Origin: Selaginella moellendorffii
Taxonomy: Eukaryota; Plantae; Lycopodiophyta
Reading direction: 5' to 3'
Length of the DNA stretch: 9,524 bases
Assembly (NCBI RefSeq): GCF_000143415.4
Contig: NW_003314502.1
Coordinates: 1 to 9,524 of the forward strand
Both the position numbers and the translations under genes were made by a program. Within the stretch, counting starts at the first letter, position 1, and every line of letters starts with the position of its first letter. The notes beneath the pieces were generated by a model. The model had not been told where the DNA came from and ran no database searches. It saw only the letters and a list, made by a program, of their open reading frames with translations. Positions 1-7,864 of this stretch are shown in pieces.

Positions 1-1483
1 GCCTTATCTACTGCCCTCACGACATCAAACACCACCTCCTAGTGTTTTAGAGTGTTCGGGTGTCCCAATGATGGCTTCCTTGACAATGAGTATTTCTTTT
101 TATGATATTGACTTACTATATCGCAACATAAGCAACTTATCCCCCGTAAGGGTATATCCAACTTCCCTATGCCATTAAAAAGGCTTGGGTAGCTACCTTC
201 TACCCGTTTAACCAATTATTTTGCACCTTTTGCTTAATTGCCTCGTAGTTGTCAAGTCCTACAACTCATTGCTGGTGCTTCCACACCTCCATCATTATTT
301 GGGTCACCACACTCCACCTGCATGCTCTGCAGCTTAGGCTATGCCATTCCCATTTCTATTGGGATTCCTTTGGCAAGGGGTTCTCATGAACCCACCAACA
401 TAGCCTCAAGGTATCACACCTTGGCACATTTGGTGTCTCCATACCATCGGCTCCACGAGCTTACCTCTATGACACTTCTTCTTTGTGTCTAAGTCTTTGC
501 CAAGACCAATACCACTCTTTCTCATGCCAACCATCAGTTAGCACTGCATCATAGAGGTCACACACAACTTTGTGTCAAAGTTTTTTTTTTTTTTTCTTTC
601 TTGGGAACACCTTTCCCACGACTTTAGCATAGCACATTTTGCCATCGATGAGATACCCTCTGTTCTCATCCTTGGATCCTATGATCCCCCCCCATCCTTT
701 GTGGGGTACAACACACCTCAGTCCAAATGCTTCCATCAGTCCTTTTAGGACCATCCCTTGACTCTACTTGAGTCATCCAGCAGTTTTGGACTTGGTTAAT
801 CCACAAACCCATAAGGTCCTACTTGTGAGGCACTAGCTCACTGGAATACACTTCTTGCATTCCTGTCCTACTCAAAAGGACTATTTTCACAAGTGTTACT
901 CTGACACTTGATTTTGTTCTCTTGGGGCAACCTTTGCCCCTTAGGACTACTTGTCCATGTGATGAGAATACCAACTCATCTCTAAGTACACCCCCCAACT
1001 CCTTGGGTTGTTCCAGCATTTATTAAAGGTAGCCCCGGCTACCATTTCAAGGACTTGAGTCCTCTTCCGTATTTGACCTCCCACGGTCATTACCTCTGGT
1101 CTCACATTCATGAGCACCAACCTCAACTATATGAGGATAATCTTGTGACCCCTTTATTGTTTTGGAGCCTACATCTTTCCCGTGATCCTAACTATAGTTA
1201 TTTATGACAACTACGTTAGCCCGTTTGCTGCGTCAAACGCTCATTTGGATCACATCCTCAGCTCTCTGAGGAGACCTTATACTCTTCCCAAGATCCCAAA
1301 GTCGTTCCATTATTGGCCCTTTTTTATCCACCACATTGTGCCCAAGTTCATGCATGAACTTGAGTGGAGAGCCATGTCCTCTCGACTTGATACTCCTCAA
1401 GGATAGGCCCACTCCTAGGACCTTCTGATGCCAACATCATTGGTGATATACTTGAGCACCAATAAAAGTCAGACTAAGGAACA
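1..1483 (-). mobile_element. Decayed internal region of LTR retrotransposon A (continues off the left edge)
   Basis: Lies directly downstream (minus strand) of an LTR end and PBS. The minus-strand frames I translated are broken by stops, and I could not recognise a Gag, zinc-knuckle or protease motif, so the call is positional. Confidence 0.65.
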
Positions 1484-1495
1484 GCTCCGATACCA
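1484..1495 (-). promoter_or_regulatory. Primer-binding site complementary to plant initiator tRNA-Met
   Basis: Minus strand reads ...CTTACA|ACT|TGGTATCGGAGC. This is an 11/12 match to canonical TGGTATCAGAGC (the mismatch allows a G:U pair), 3 nt after the LTR-terminal CA. Confidence 0.9.
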
Positions 1496-1500
1496 AGTTG

Positions 1501-1537
1501 TAAGTGACTAAATTTTCCATTCTACTTTAGTCGCTTA
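1501..1537. repeat. Terminal (U5) hairpin of LTR-A
   Basis: TAAGTGACTAAA (1501-1512), 13-nt loop, TTTAGTCGCTTA (1526-1537); 11/12 complementary. Confidence 0.9.
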
Positions 1538-1767
1538 ACCACACCTTACCACTTGGAGGAGTCTCATTCACAACTTTCATAAGTCCAATCCAGGACTTGG
1601 GACTTGCTAGCCCTGAGAATGGCATCCATGCCACTCAACATTTGCACTTGGTCCAAGTGCTCAACACCCAACACTGGGTCTGGCCTGCCTGGGCCAAACT
1701 GGCATTTCCTAGCCAAACTGGCTCCACTGGGCTCCAACCCCCACACTCTCCCTACTATACTTTTGGA

Positions 1768-1788
1768 CCCCCCCCCCCCCCCCCCCCC
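1768..1788. repeat. C21 homopolymer (G21 on the element sense strand)
   Basis: Direct count of 21 consecutive C. Confidence 0.95.
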
Positions 1789-1805
1789 GCATTGGGGGAC
1801 GATCG

Positions 1806-1823
1806 CTTTGGGCTTTGGGCTTT
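1806..1823. promoter_or_regulatory. Tandem TGGGCT (plant site II-like) motifs in the putative LTR promoter
   Basis: CTTTGGGCTTTGGGCTTT contains two TGGGCY motifs. On the element strand they lie upstream of the G-run and a weak TATA-like GTATAGTAGG at about 1751-1760. Confidence 0.35.
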
Positions 1824-1846
1824 CACCCAACTGCCTGTATTAATAT

Positions 1847-1887
1847 TCGGGCTCGGACTCGGACTCGGTCCCGGATTCGGACTCAAA

Positions 1888-1918
<31 letters not shown>

Positions 1919-2366
1919 CCGGTCCCGGTCTCGGTTCCATCTCGGACTCCATCTCAAACTCCACCTCGGGTCCATCTCGGACTCCATCTCGGGTCCATCT
2001 CAAACTCCATCTCGGGTCCTCTCGGACTCCATCTCAGGTCCATCTCGGACTCAATCTCGGTCCATCTCAGACTCCATCTCGGGTCCATCTCGAACTCCAT
2101 CTCGGTCCATCTCGGACTCCATCTCGGTCTCCATCTCGGACTCCATCTCGGACTCCATATCGGACTCCATCTCGGACTCCATATCAGACTCCATATTGGA
2201 CTCCATCTCAGACTCCATCTCGGACTCCATATCGGACTCCATTTCGGGTCCATCTCGGACTCCATCTCGGACTCCATATCGGACTTCACTTCGAGTCCAT
2301 CTCGGACTCCATCTCAAACTCCATATCGGACTCCACTTCGAGTCCATCTCGGACTCCATCTCGGAC
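1847..2366. repeat. 520-bp tandem array: hexamer TCGG(A/T)C grading into 12-mer TCCATCTCGGAC
   Basis: Hexamer units run 1847 to about 1935, then 12-mers with occasional 11-mers (TCGGGTCCATC) to 2366. This array explains the SRTP, SISD and MESE low-complexity ORFs. Confidence 0.97.
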
Positions 2367-2597
2367 ACTTCCACATGTCATGTGTTGGTCCTTTCGGGTC
2401 CCTTTCTAGAGCCTTTCTTATGGCTCGCTTCGTGCTCATTCCTCGAGCACTTTGTTGGGAGTTCCACTCCCGCTCTCGACCTTTCAAGTCGGAGCTTTTA
2501 GTCTAAACATGTTACGCTCGTTTGGCTTTCGCTTCGGCCACTACCACGTGGCGCCCTTCCAGCTCCACTTTGGGGCCTAGGGATTTTGTGTCTCACA

Positions 2598-2674
2598 CCA
2601 GTTTGGCCAAGAAGGGCCAGTTTGGCCAAGAAGGGCCAGTTTGGCCCACGAAAGGCCAGTTTGGCCCAGGAAAG
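2598..2674 (+). repeat. Four 19-20 bp tandem repeats CCAGTTTGGCCAAGAAGGG
   Basis: Units start at 2598, 2617, 2636 and 2656; the first two are identical. Two inverted homologous units occur in LTR-A at about 1684-1721. Confidence 0.95.
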
Positions 2675-3504
2675 CCATACCCAGTGTTGGGTGATGAACT
2701 GACCACTGGGAAGTCCAAGACTAGAGTGAATACGGACCGACAAACGGGGTAGCTTGGTGAAGTGTTAAAGAGCCGGCTCTAGTTCCCCCGGGAGATCGAA
2801 TGGTCGATGCTCCCAATCCAAGTGTGGGTGGCACTACCTACTTGGATACCAGGCGTGGCTCAATAGAACCTCACTCTAAGCCCATGGCTAGAGCACCCAA
2901 AGGCAGAAGGCAGGGAGAGTACCCATGAGGCCCGCGTAGGGCTACGGTGTTCCGAAATGGTGTCCCAAAGTCCCAGACTATGGAAAGGAAGAGGAGTAGC
3001 CCTCTGATGTGGTGACCAAGGACACAGTCACACGGTGAGGAAGTCCTAGAGGATAGTGGGACTTAGTGGCCGGGCCGGTGGGCCTTGATCCAGTGGCAGT
3101 GTTAGCGAACACGGCCATGGGTAGAAAGGGACTTGGTGAAGACCGGAAAAGGGATATTGGGGAAGGCTATTCCCCATGTCTGTGGGCATCCTAAAGATGC
3201 TAAGGAGTGGATCCAGAATGATCACTCATGGACGGATGGCCCAGCCCTTGAGAGATGGGACTGTGATGTAGGTGGTGTTAGACCACCAGTGTGACCAAGG
3301 TAAAGGGGCATGGCCTTAGCATAACGAGCTGATACGTCGATGGTACCTTGGGGTGTCGGTCTTGGGATCGGACACATGGAGCACTTGGATCGAATGCAAA
3401 GGTTGAGTGGTGGAGACACCATTCTCGGGGCTAGCAAGCCCAAGTCTGAAATAGGACTTATGGAGGTTGTGAGTGAGACTCCTCCAAGTGGTTGGAGGTG
3501 TGGT

Positions 3505-3541
3505 TAAGTGACTAAAGTAGAATGGAAAATTTAGTCGCTTA
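3505..3541. repeat. Terminal (U5) hairpin of LTR-B
   Basis: TAAGTGACTAAA (3505-3516), 13-nt loop, TTTAGTCGCTTA (3530-3541). It is preceded by a 7-bp stem CCTCCAA-GTGG-TTGGAGG at 3481-3498. Confidence 0.9.
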
Positions 3542-3543
3542 CA

Positions 3544-3799
3544 GGACTCTATCTCGGACTTGACCTCGGACTCGGTCTCGGACTTGATCTTGGATCTCGG
3601 ACTCGGTCTCAAACTTGGTCTCAAACTCGGTCTCGAAGTCAGCCTCAGACTCAATCCCAGACTCTATCTCGAACTCGGTCTCAGAGTCAGTCTTAGACTC
3701 GATCTTATACTTGGTCCCATCTGATGAATTTTTTATCATTTCGGTCATGCCTTCAAGGATCCTTTAGCCTACGACATCTCGGGGAGTTGGTTCCTTACA
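3544..3799 (-). mobile_element. 5' portion of older LTR-C with a degenerate TCGGAC array
   Basis: Minus strand starts TGTAAGGAACC at 3799 (TGTAAG is the perfect inverse of the family end CTTACA). About 80 nt later comes a decayed hexamer/12-mer array (3544 to about 3720) in the same orientation as in LTR-A. Confidence 0.65.
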
Positions 3800-5150
3800 G
3801 TTGGGTATGATGTCAGTGGAACTATCATACCCAGGCAAAATATGTGTTGCACACTCACTATCACAAAACCCATTATATGTGTTTTTGCATAAGGCATAAT
3901 AGGTTCACATCATAACCTAGAAAATAAAAAAGCTTAGAAGTTATATAAAAATATGAAATATGTAATCATCTTTTTAGGCTTCCCTTGGACACCCCTAGTA
4001 TCAATGCCAATAAGATTTATAATGCACCTAGAAGAGAATGACTTGAAACAAACTTCTGCTACACACATTATAAGCTCATATATTCAATTGAGGTCATTCA
4101 GTAGGATGAAGACATAGCTAGCTTCAGGCATAAGTGCTTTCAACAAGAGGAATGCATCACACATGTGGTCGGGTGTGAGAAAATTCTAGTCCTCAACTTT
4201 CCGATCAATATCTAAAAGACCATCTAGAAAGTCAAAGAGAATTTGTATTTTTCAGCACAAATAGTTGAACTAGCACCACATGTCCATGTTCATGTCATCT
4301 TTCACGAAAGATTGTGTTATGACACTTTCCATAATTAGCATTTAGGACCGAAATGAGACTAACACTAATGGCATAATAGCGAGGGTGTTTGGCAGACACG
4401 GTAAGTTATCATTTAGTGATATTGAGGGACTAGTCTCAATACGTGGGGGTTCTTGATACTAGCAAGTGCAAGCTAATGATAGGAGTTTCTCAAACTAGGC
4501 CGAGTATGCTCAGCAAGAAACACATAGGGTTCCTACCTTATGTTTATCTGATTTAAGTACACGGTCATTGACCAATTTCTCAACTAGCTCAAGTGGGAAC
4601 AATAAAGGGAACCAACTATACCAACCTTCCACTGTCATGGCAGTAAGAAAAGAGTGTCCGTAAGGACTGGCCAACTAGTATCTTTCGATACCCGAAATCA
4701 CATTCGCGACAAAGATGTTAGCAATCTATTTTATGAGCCAATAAAGACACCCATAGTACCTTAATGTGTTATCAGGGAAATAAGACACATCTATAGAAGA
4801 GCTAAGTGAATGAAAAAAGAAATGAATAATATACTATTATCATATAGTATATTGTTGATGAGAGTTCCTCCAACTCTTCCTCACAAACATCTTGTTGAGC
4901 TAAAATGAAATTGCTACCAACAATCATTACTGCAAAAATATATGTTACCACCTTTTATTTGTAAAAGTCACTTTTTCTTACCCCGAGATCAACGTGATTC
5001 CATCATCACTAGCATTGTTATTATTACCAACATTGACAACTTCCTTCTAATCTAGTGTAGAGGTCTTCTTTCTTAGAAGCTCCAACTCACAAGGGCATTC
5101 TATCTTTTGACCTTTGGAACTCTTACAAACATTATCATGTACATTCTTCT
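3800..5150 (-). pseudogene. Decayed spliced gene of unknown product (relic X)
   Basis: One frame runs 4800 to 3970 (277 codons) with no frameshift: SSIDVSYFPDNTLRYYGCLYWLIK*IANIFVANVISGIERY*LASPYGHSFLTAMTVEGWYSWFPLLFPLELVEKLVNDRVLK...ILFDFLDGLLDIDRKVED*NFLTPDHMCDAFLLLKALMPEASYVFILLNDLN... It has 10 stops (6 TAG, 3 TGA, 1 TAA), all reachable by a single transition. A phase-consistent 39-codon exon at 3916-3800 abuts LTR-C. Frame assignment of the exons upstream of 4802 is uncertain. Confidence 0.65.
4930..4981 (-). other. 52-nt GT-AG intron candidate in relic X
   Basis: Minus strand G|GTAAGA...GGTAAC...TTTTTGCAG|, with strong donor and acceptor consensus. Confidence 0.55.
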
Positions 5151-5180
5151 AAGCATGGGATTTTATGTGTATAATCCAAA

Positions 5181-5231
5181 GTAATTTTTATTTTTATTAT
5201 ATTGAAATGATTTTAATATTTGCTTTCATAG
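5181..5231 (+). other. 51-nt GT-AG intron in the transposase relic
   Basis: GTAATT...TTTCATAG, T-rich, contains an in-frame stop; removal restores VYNPK-LCCNLTI. Confidence 0.75.
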
Positions 5232-5702
5232 ATTATGTTGTAACTTGACAATTGTGATAGTAGAGTTTAAAGTACAAAACTAAATAACCTAAAAAATATG
5301 TTGGAAGTCTCTTTCTAATATTGTGCCAAAATGGATTAATAAGCTTGCAAATTTTTGTGGTTTCATGGTAGATAGGGCTAATACAAATTGGAATGGTATC
5401 TAAGCAATTTTTGGAAATAGTCAATTTTTGGAAGGTTGTAAGAGGACTTATGAGTTCTATTAAACTTAAAGCCTAAACCAACACTACCACCTTATCAAGC
5501 CAAAGTTTCAATTAGTGTTAAGGAGTTATGCAAACAATGTAAAGTTACATCCTCTGAAAAAGAGCATAAAACAAAGGCAAACAAAATCTAGATGTGGTGG
5601 TGTAAAAATGGCCATGTGGACACAAGCTACTTACCCTAAATTAAGTCATGGTTGGGGTGGTGGGAAGTTAGGATATTCTAATGAGGTCATCATTCTTTTC
5701 AA

Positions 5703-5760
5703 GTTAGTTTTTCTTTTTTCTTCTCTTTTTATTATTTTTTAATATCACTTTTTTCATTAG
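5703..5760 (+). other. 58-nt GT-AG intron in the transposase relic
   Basis: GTTAGT...TTTTCATTAG, very T-rich. Phase-0 removal joins the W-rich exon to the frame carrying the NxxE motif. Confidence 0.75.
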
Positions 5761-6186
5761 GACCAACCACTTAAAGACTTTACATACATCCCAATGGTGA
5801 ATTTCTCTAAGAATAAGTATTGGAGTTAGCATTCTTTTGAGGTAAGGAAAGGGAAGGTGAGTCTATACAAAGCATGTCTATTGTAATTTTTAAAAACATT
5901 AACATTTAAGGAAGGAAGATATATAGGAGTAAGGCCTTTTGTTAAGGTGTTACATGATCGAATGAAAAAGAAAGTGACTTCATCAATTCGAATAATGGCA
6001 ATTATAGTTAAAAAAGTGGTCTATGACACATCTATGGAATACATTCCTCGGGCTTTTATTGGTGACATGAAGATTGTCCGTTTAAAGCGTCACTTTTCCT
6101 TTTCTAGTAAAGATGTTAGCATAACATTTAGAGCAAAAAGCTCTTACAAACTTAATATTAAATACCATTCTGCTCCAAGATACTGA

Positions 6187-6720
6187 ATTTCAATTTTGTG
6201 ACTTTTAAAAAATACTCTATATGTTTTCTAGCTTCGGATGGAAACAATGGTGATGATCAGTATGACAATATATATATATTCTTGTGACATACTACAATAT
6301 CATGCATCTAAAAGACTACTATGAAATTTGTTTTATTAATTATATAAAATATACTAAGTTTATATTATTAGTAAAGAAGAAATATTGATAATCTTGGAAA
6401 ATCTAGTTAGCTCTAAAAGTTTTTTACAAGTTAGCAATAGTAAAGCTTGCCTAGTGTATATGGTGTAAGGTGTTGATGAAGATTTAGTACATATGTTTGT
6501 AAGGAGCATAGGCCTTCCATATTCCTTACACTTTGTAAAGTTTGGACATGTGTAAAAAAGAAAGTTTTAAATGGCAATTATGTGCTCACCACCCTCTCTT
6601 TTGACTATATACTCCTTTACAAGTGCAATGATGTACTTTGTGGAAAAATTTTATACTCAAGCATTTAAGCCAAATATATTTTATCTTGCTTTTGTTTAAA
6701 GAAGTACCAATAAATTTAAC
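6187..6720 (+). pseudogene. Probable heavily decayed C-terminal part of the MULE transposase
   Basis: Short coding-like segments (LASDGNNGDDQYD; SWKI*LA; WTCVKKKVLNGNYVLTTLSFDYILLYKCNDVLCGK) in shifting frames directly after the core. Confidence 0.35.
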
Positions 6721-6736
6721 TACTTTACCTTTTTTT

Positions 6737-7415
6737 ATAGGCCTTTTATGCATCTTTGAGAGAATAGTGTCAATTTTGTCACTCATGTCTCTAACTCTCC
6801 TCCTCTCAAGTTGAAACTAGACTTTTTAAGGTTTTCAATTTCATTAGAGGTAAGTGCAACCCTATTAGTAACTAGCCATTCTTTAGGTATTGCATTAGGT
6901 TTTATCACTATAGTGTCTTTAAGTTGCTTCATATAGTTAGCATTAATGTTATAGCAATACAACTAGCACCATCTTAAAAATCCTACTTAATTTCATTCCT
7001 CATAAAAACATGGGGTTGGAACAAAAGTAAATTTGTCATTATAGATCCAAGTATAATATTTTCCCTTTAAAAGCATCCCCACACACTTTACATTGGATTT
7101 TACTAACATTTGGTGGATTATTCGGCTCCATACAATGGTAAGTGATTTTAACATATTATGATGCACTCTCTTCATCACTCTTTATCAGCCACTTGAGGTG
7201 GCTCAATCTAGGACAAGTAGGAAGGTATTCTTTTCCACCCAATTTATTGCACCCTCTATCATTGCATTTATCTCTAATTTATGATCATTCTTTTTCTTAT
7301 ATAATTTCGTTGTGCTATACAATGGGACGACTATTGTAGCTCCTAACCTTTGACTTACTACCCTAGGAAGAAAATTGCAAAAGTTAAAATTATTAATACT
7401 AGATCCTACAAACAT
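6737..7415 (-). pseudogene. Decayed gene convergent with the transposase (relic Y), resembling a MULE C-terminal Cys/Trp domain
   Basis: ORFs 7203-7415 and 6993-7178 share one frame, which continues ...KSNVKCVG...FVPTPCFYEE*N*VGFLRWC*LYC...KPNAIPKEWLVTNRVALTSNEIENLKKSSFNL. This resembles a P-x-x-W-P-V-x-x-G-x-x-L-T-x-x-E-I-x-x-L-x-x-x-G-F-x-L tail that I recall from bryophyte MULE-like proteins (from memory, not searched). Confidence 0.55.
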
Positions 7416-7864
7416 TTATGTGTATTTCCCTCTTTTCAAATAAAAGTATAAGTGAAGATTCATAAATTCTAAACACTATGCTATAACAAACCCCTCAAGA
7501 TTTTATTCTAGAGAAGAATCAAGTCTCTCTTTTATATGCAATAAGTTTATAATGGTTATTTTTTCCCTTTTAAATGTTATATGGCCTTACAAAAAAAATC
7601 TTATTTCAAATTTAATAATTTTTAAATTCTGAAACACCTGACATTTAAAAGCCAAATAGCATATAGTACAAATTGCTTTTTCTGTAAATAAATATTATCT
7701 TATTTTATATTCAAACCAACCTCTCTATTGTGGCATATAGTAAATATTTAAATTATTTGAACAAGAAGTGTCTTTTAGAATATTTTTATCTATATAATAT
7801 ACAGAGAGTTATGAAAATATTAGATTTGCCATAATCTTAATATTTTAAAGTCTATATTAAACAC

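Larger units (their letters stand above)
1499..2597 (-). mobile_element. 5' LTR of retrotransposon A (about 1.1 kb)
   Basis: Minus strand starts TGTGAGACAC (2597) and ends CACTTACA (1499), giving TG...CA with imperfect TGTGAG/CTTACA terminal repeats, followed by the PBS. The 1499 end is firm. The 2597 start is inferred from the TG motif and the abrupt switch to opposite-orientation LTR-B repeats at 2598. Confidence 0.8.
2598..3543 (+). mobile_element. 3' portion of LTR-B (3' LTR or solo LTR), same family as LTR-A, opposite orientation
   Basis: 3379-3543 is the reverse complement of 1499-1662 (about 25 differences in 165 nt by hand, about 85% identity), and 2636-2697 matches 1661-1722 inverted. 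It ends GTCGCTTACA with no PBS following. Confidence 0.85.
5152..6186 (+). pseudogene. Mutator-like (MULE) DDE transposase relic, 5'-truncated
   Basis: Spliced translation: SMGFYVYNPK/LCCNLTIVIVEFKVQN*IT*KICWKSLSNIV...NFCGFMVDRANTNWNGI*AIFG...GCKRTYEFY*T*SLNQH. It has the second catalytic D at 5371-5373 and a decayed CxFHW motif at 5449-5463 (TAT,GAG,TTC,TAT,TAA from TGT,GAG,TTC,CAT,TGG). After a frameshift near 5515 comes KELCKQ...MWWCKNG...SWLGWWEVRIF**GH, then IPMVNFSKNKY (NxxE motif with E>K at 5809-5811). The frame continues into ORF 5947-6186. The first D lies in the missing 5' part. Confidence 0.8.

Noticed and set aside
42-55. 14-bp match GTGTTTTAGAGTGT with 8012-8025
   Set aside because: Short, low-complexity, and not extendable into a real repeat.
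581-595. T15 as a retroposon poly(A) tail
   Set aside because: No TSD or SINE/LINE features; likely slippage of an A-rich tract.
1597-2501. Long ORFs (270, 228, 111, 107 and 82 aa) with GLGL, SRTP, SISD and MESE repeats
   Set aside because: They are translations of a stop-free 6/12-bp tandem array, open on both strands.
2598-2674. CRISPR-like direct repeats
   Set aside because: The units are contiguous with no spacers, and the context is a eukaryotic LTR.
2701-3507. Possible decayed plus-strand ORF in LTR-B
   Set aside because: About 9 stops in 270 codons is what chance predicts at this GC content, and there are no motifs.
1499-3543. DNA transposon with 165-bp terminal inverted repeats
   Set aside because: The left end is followed by a PBS, the ends are TG/CA LTR termini, and the flanks (CAAGT versus GGACT) are not a TSD. 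Two opposed LTRs explain it better.
3316-3748. ORFs 3316-3654 and 3539-3748
   Set aside because: They derive from the LTR-C array and the LTR-B terminus, and they cross an insertion junction.
3800-3812. GTTGGGTATGATG as a plus-strand PBS after CTTACA
   Set aside because: Poor match to TGGTATCAGAGC. Array orientation indicates LTR-C is on the minus strand, and the sequence belongs to relic X.
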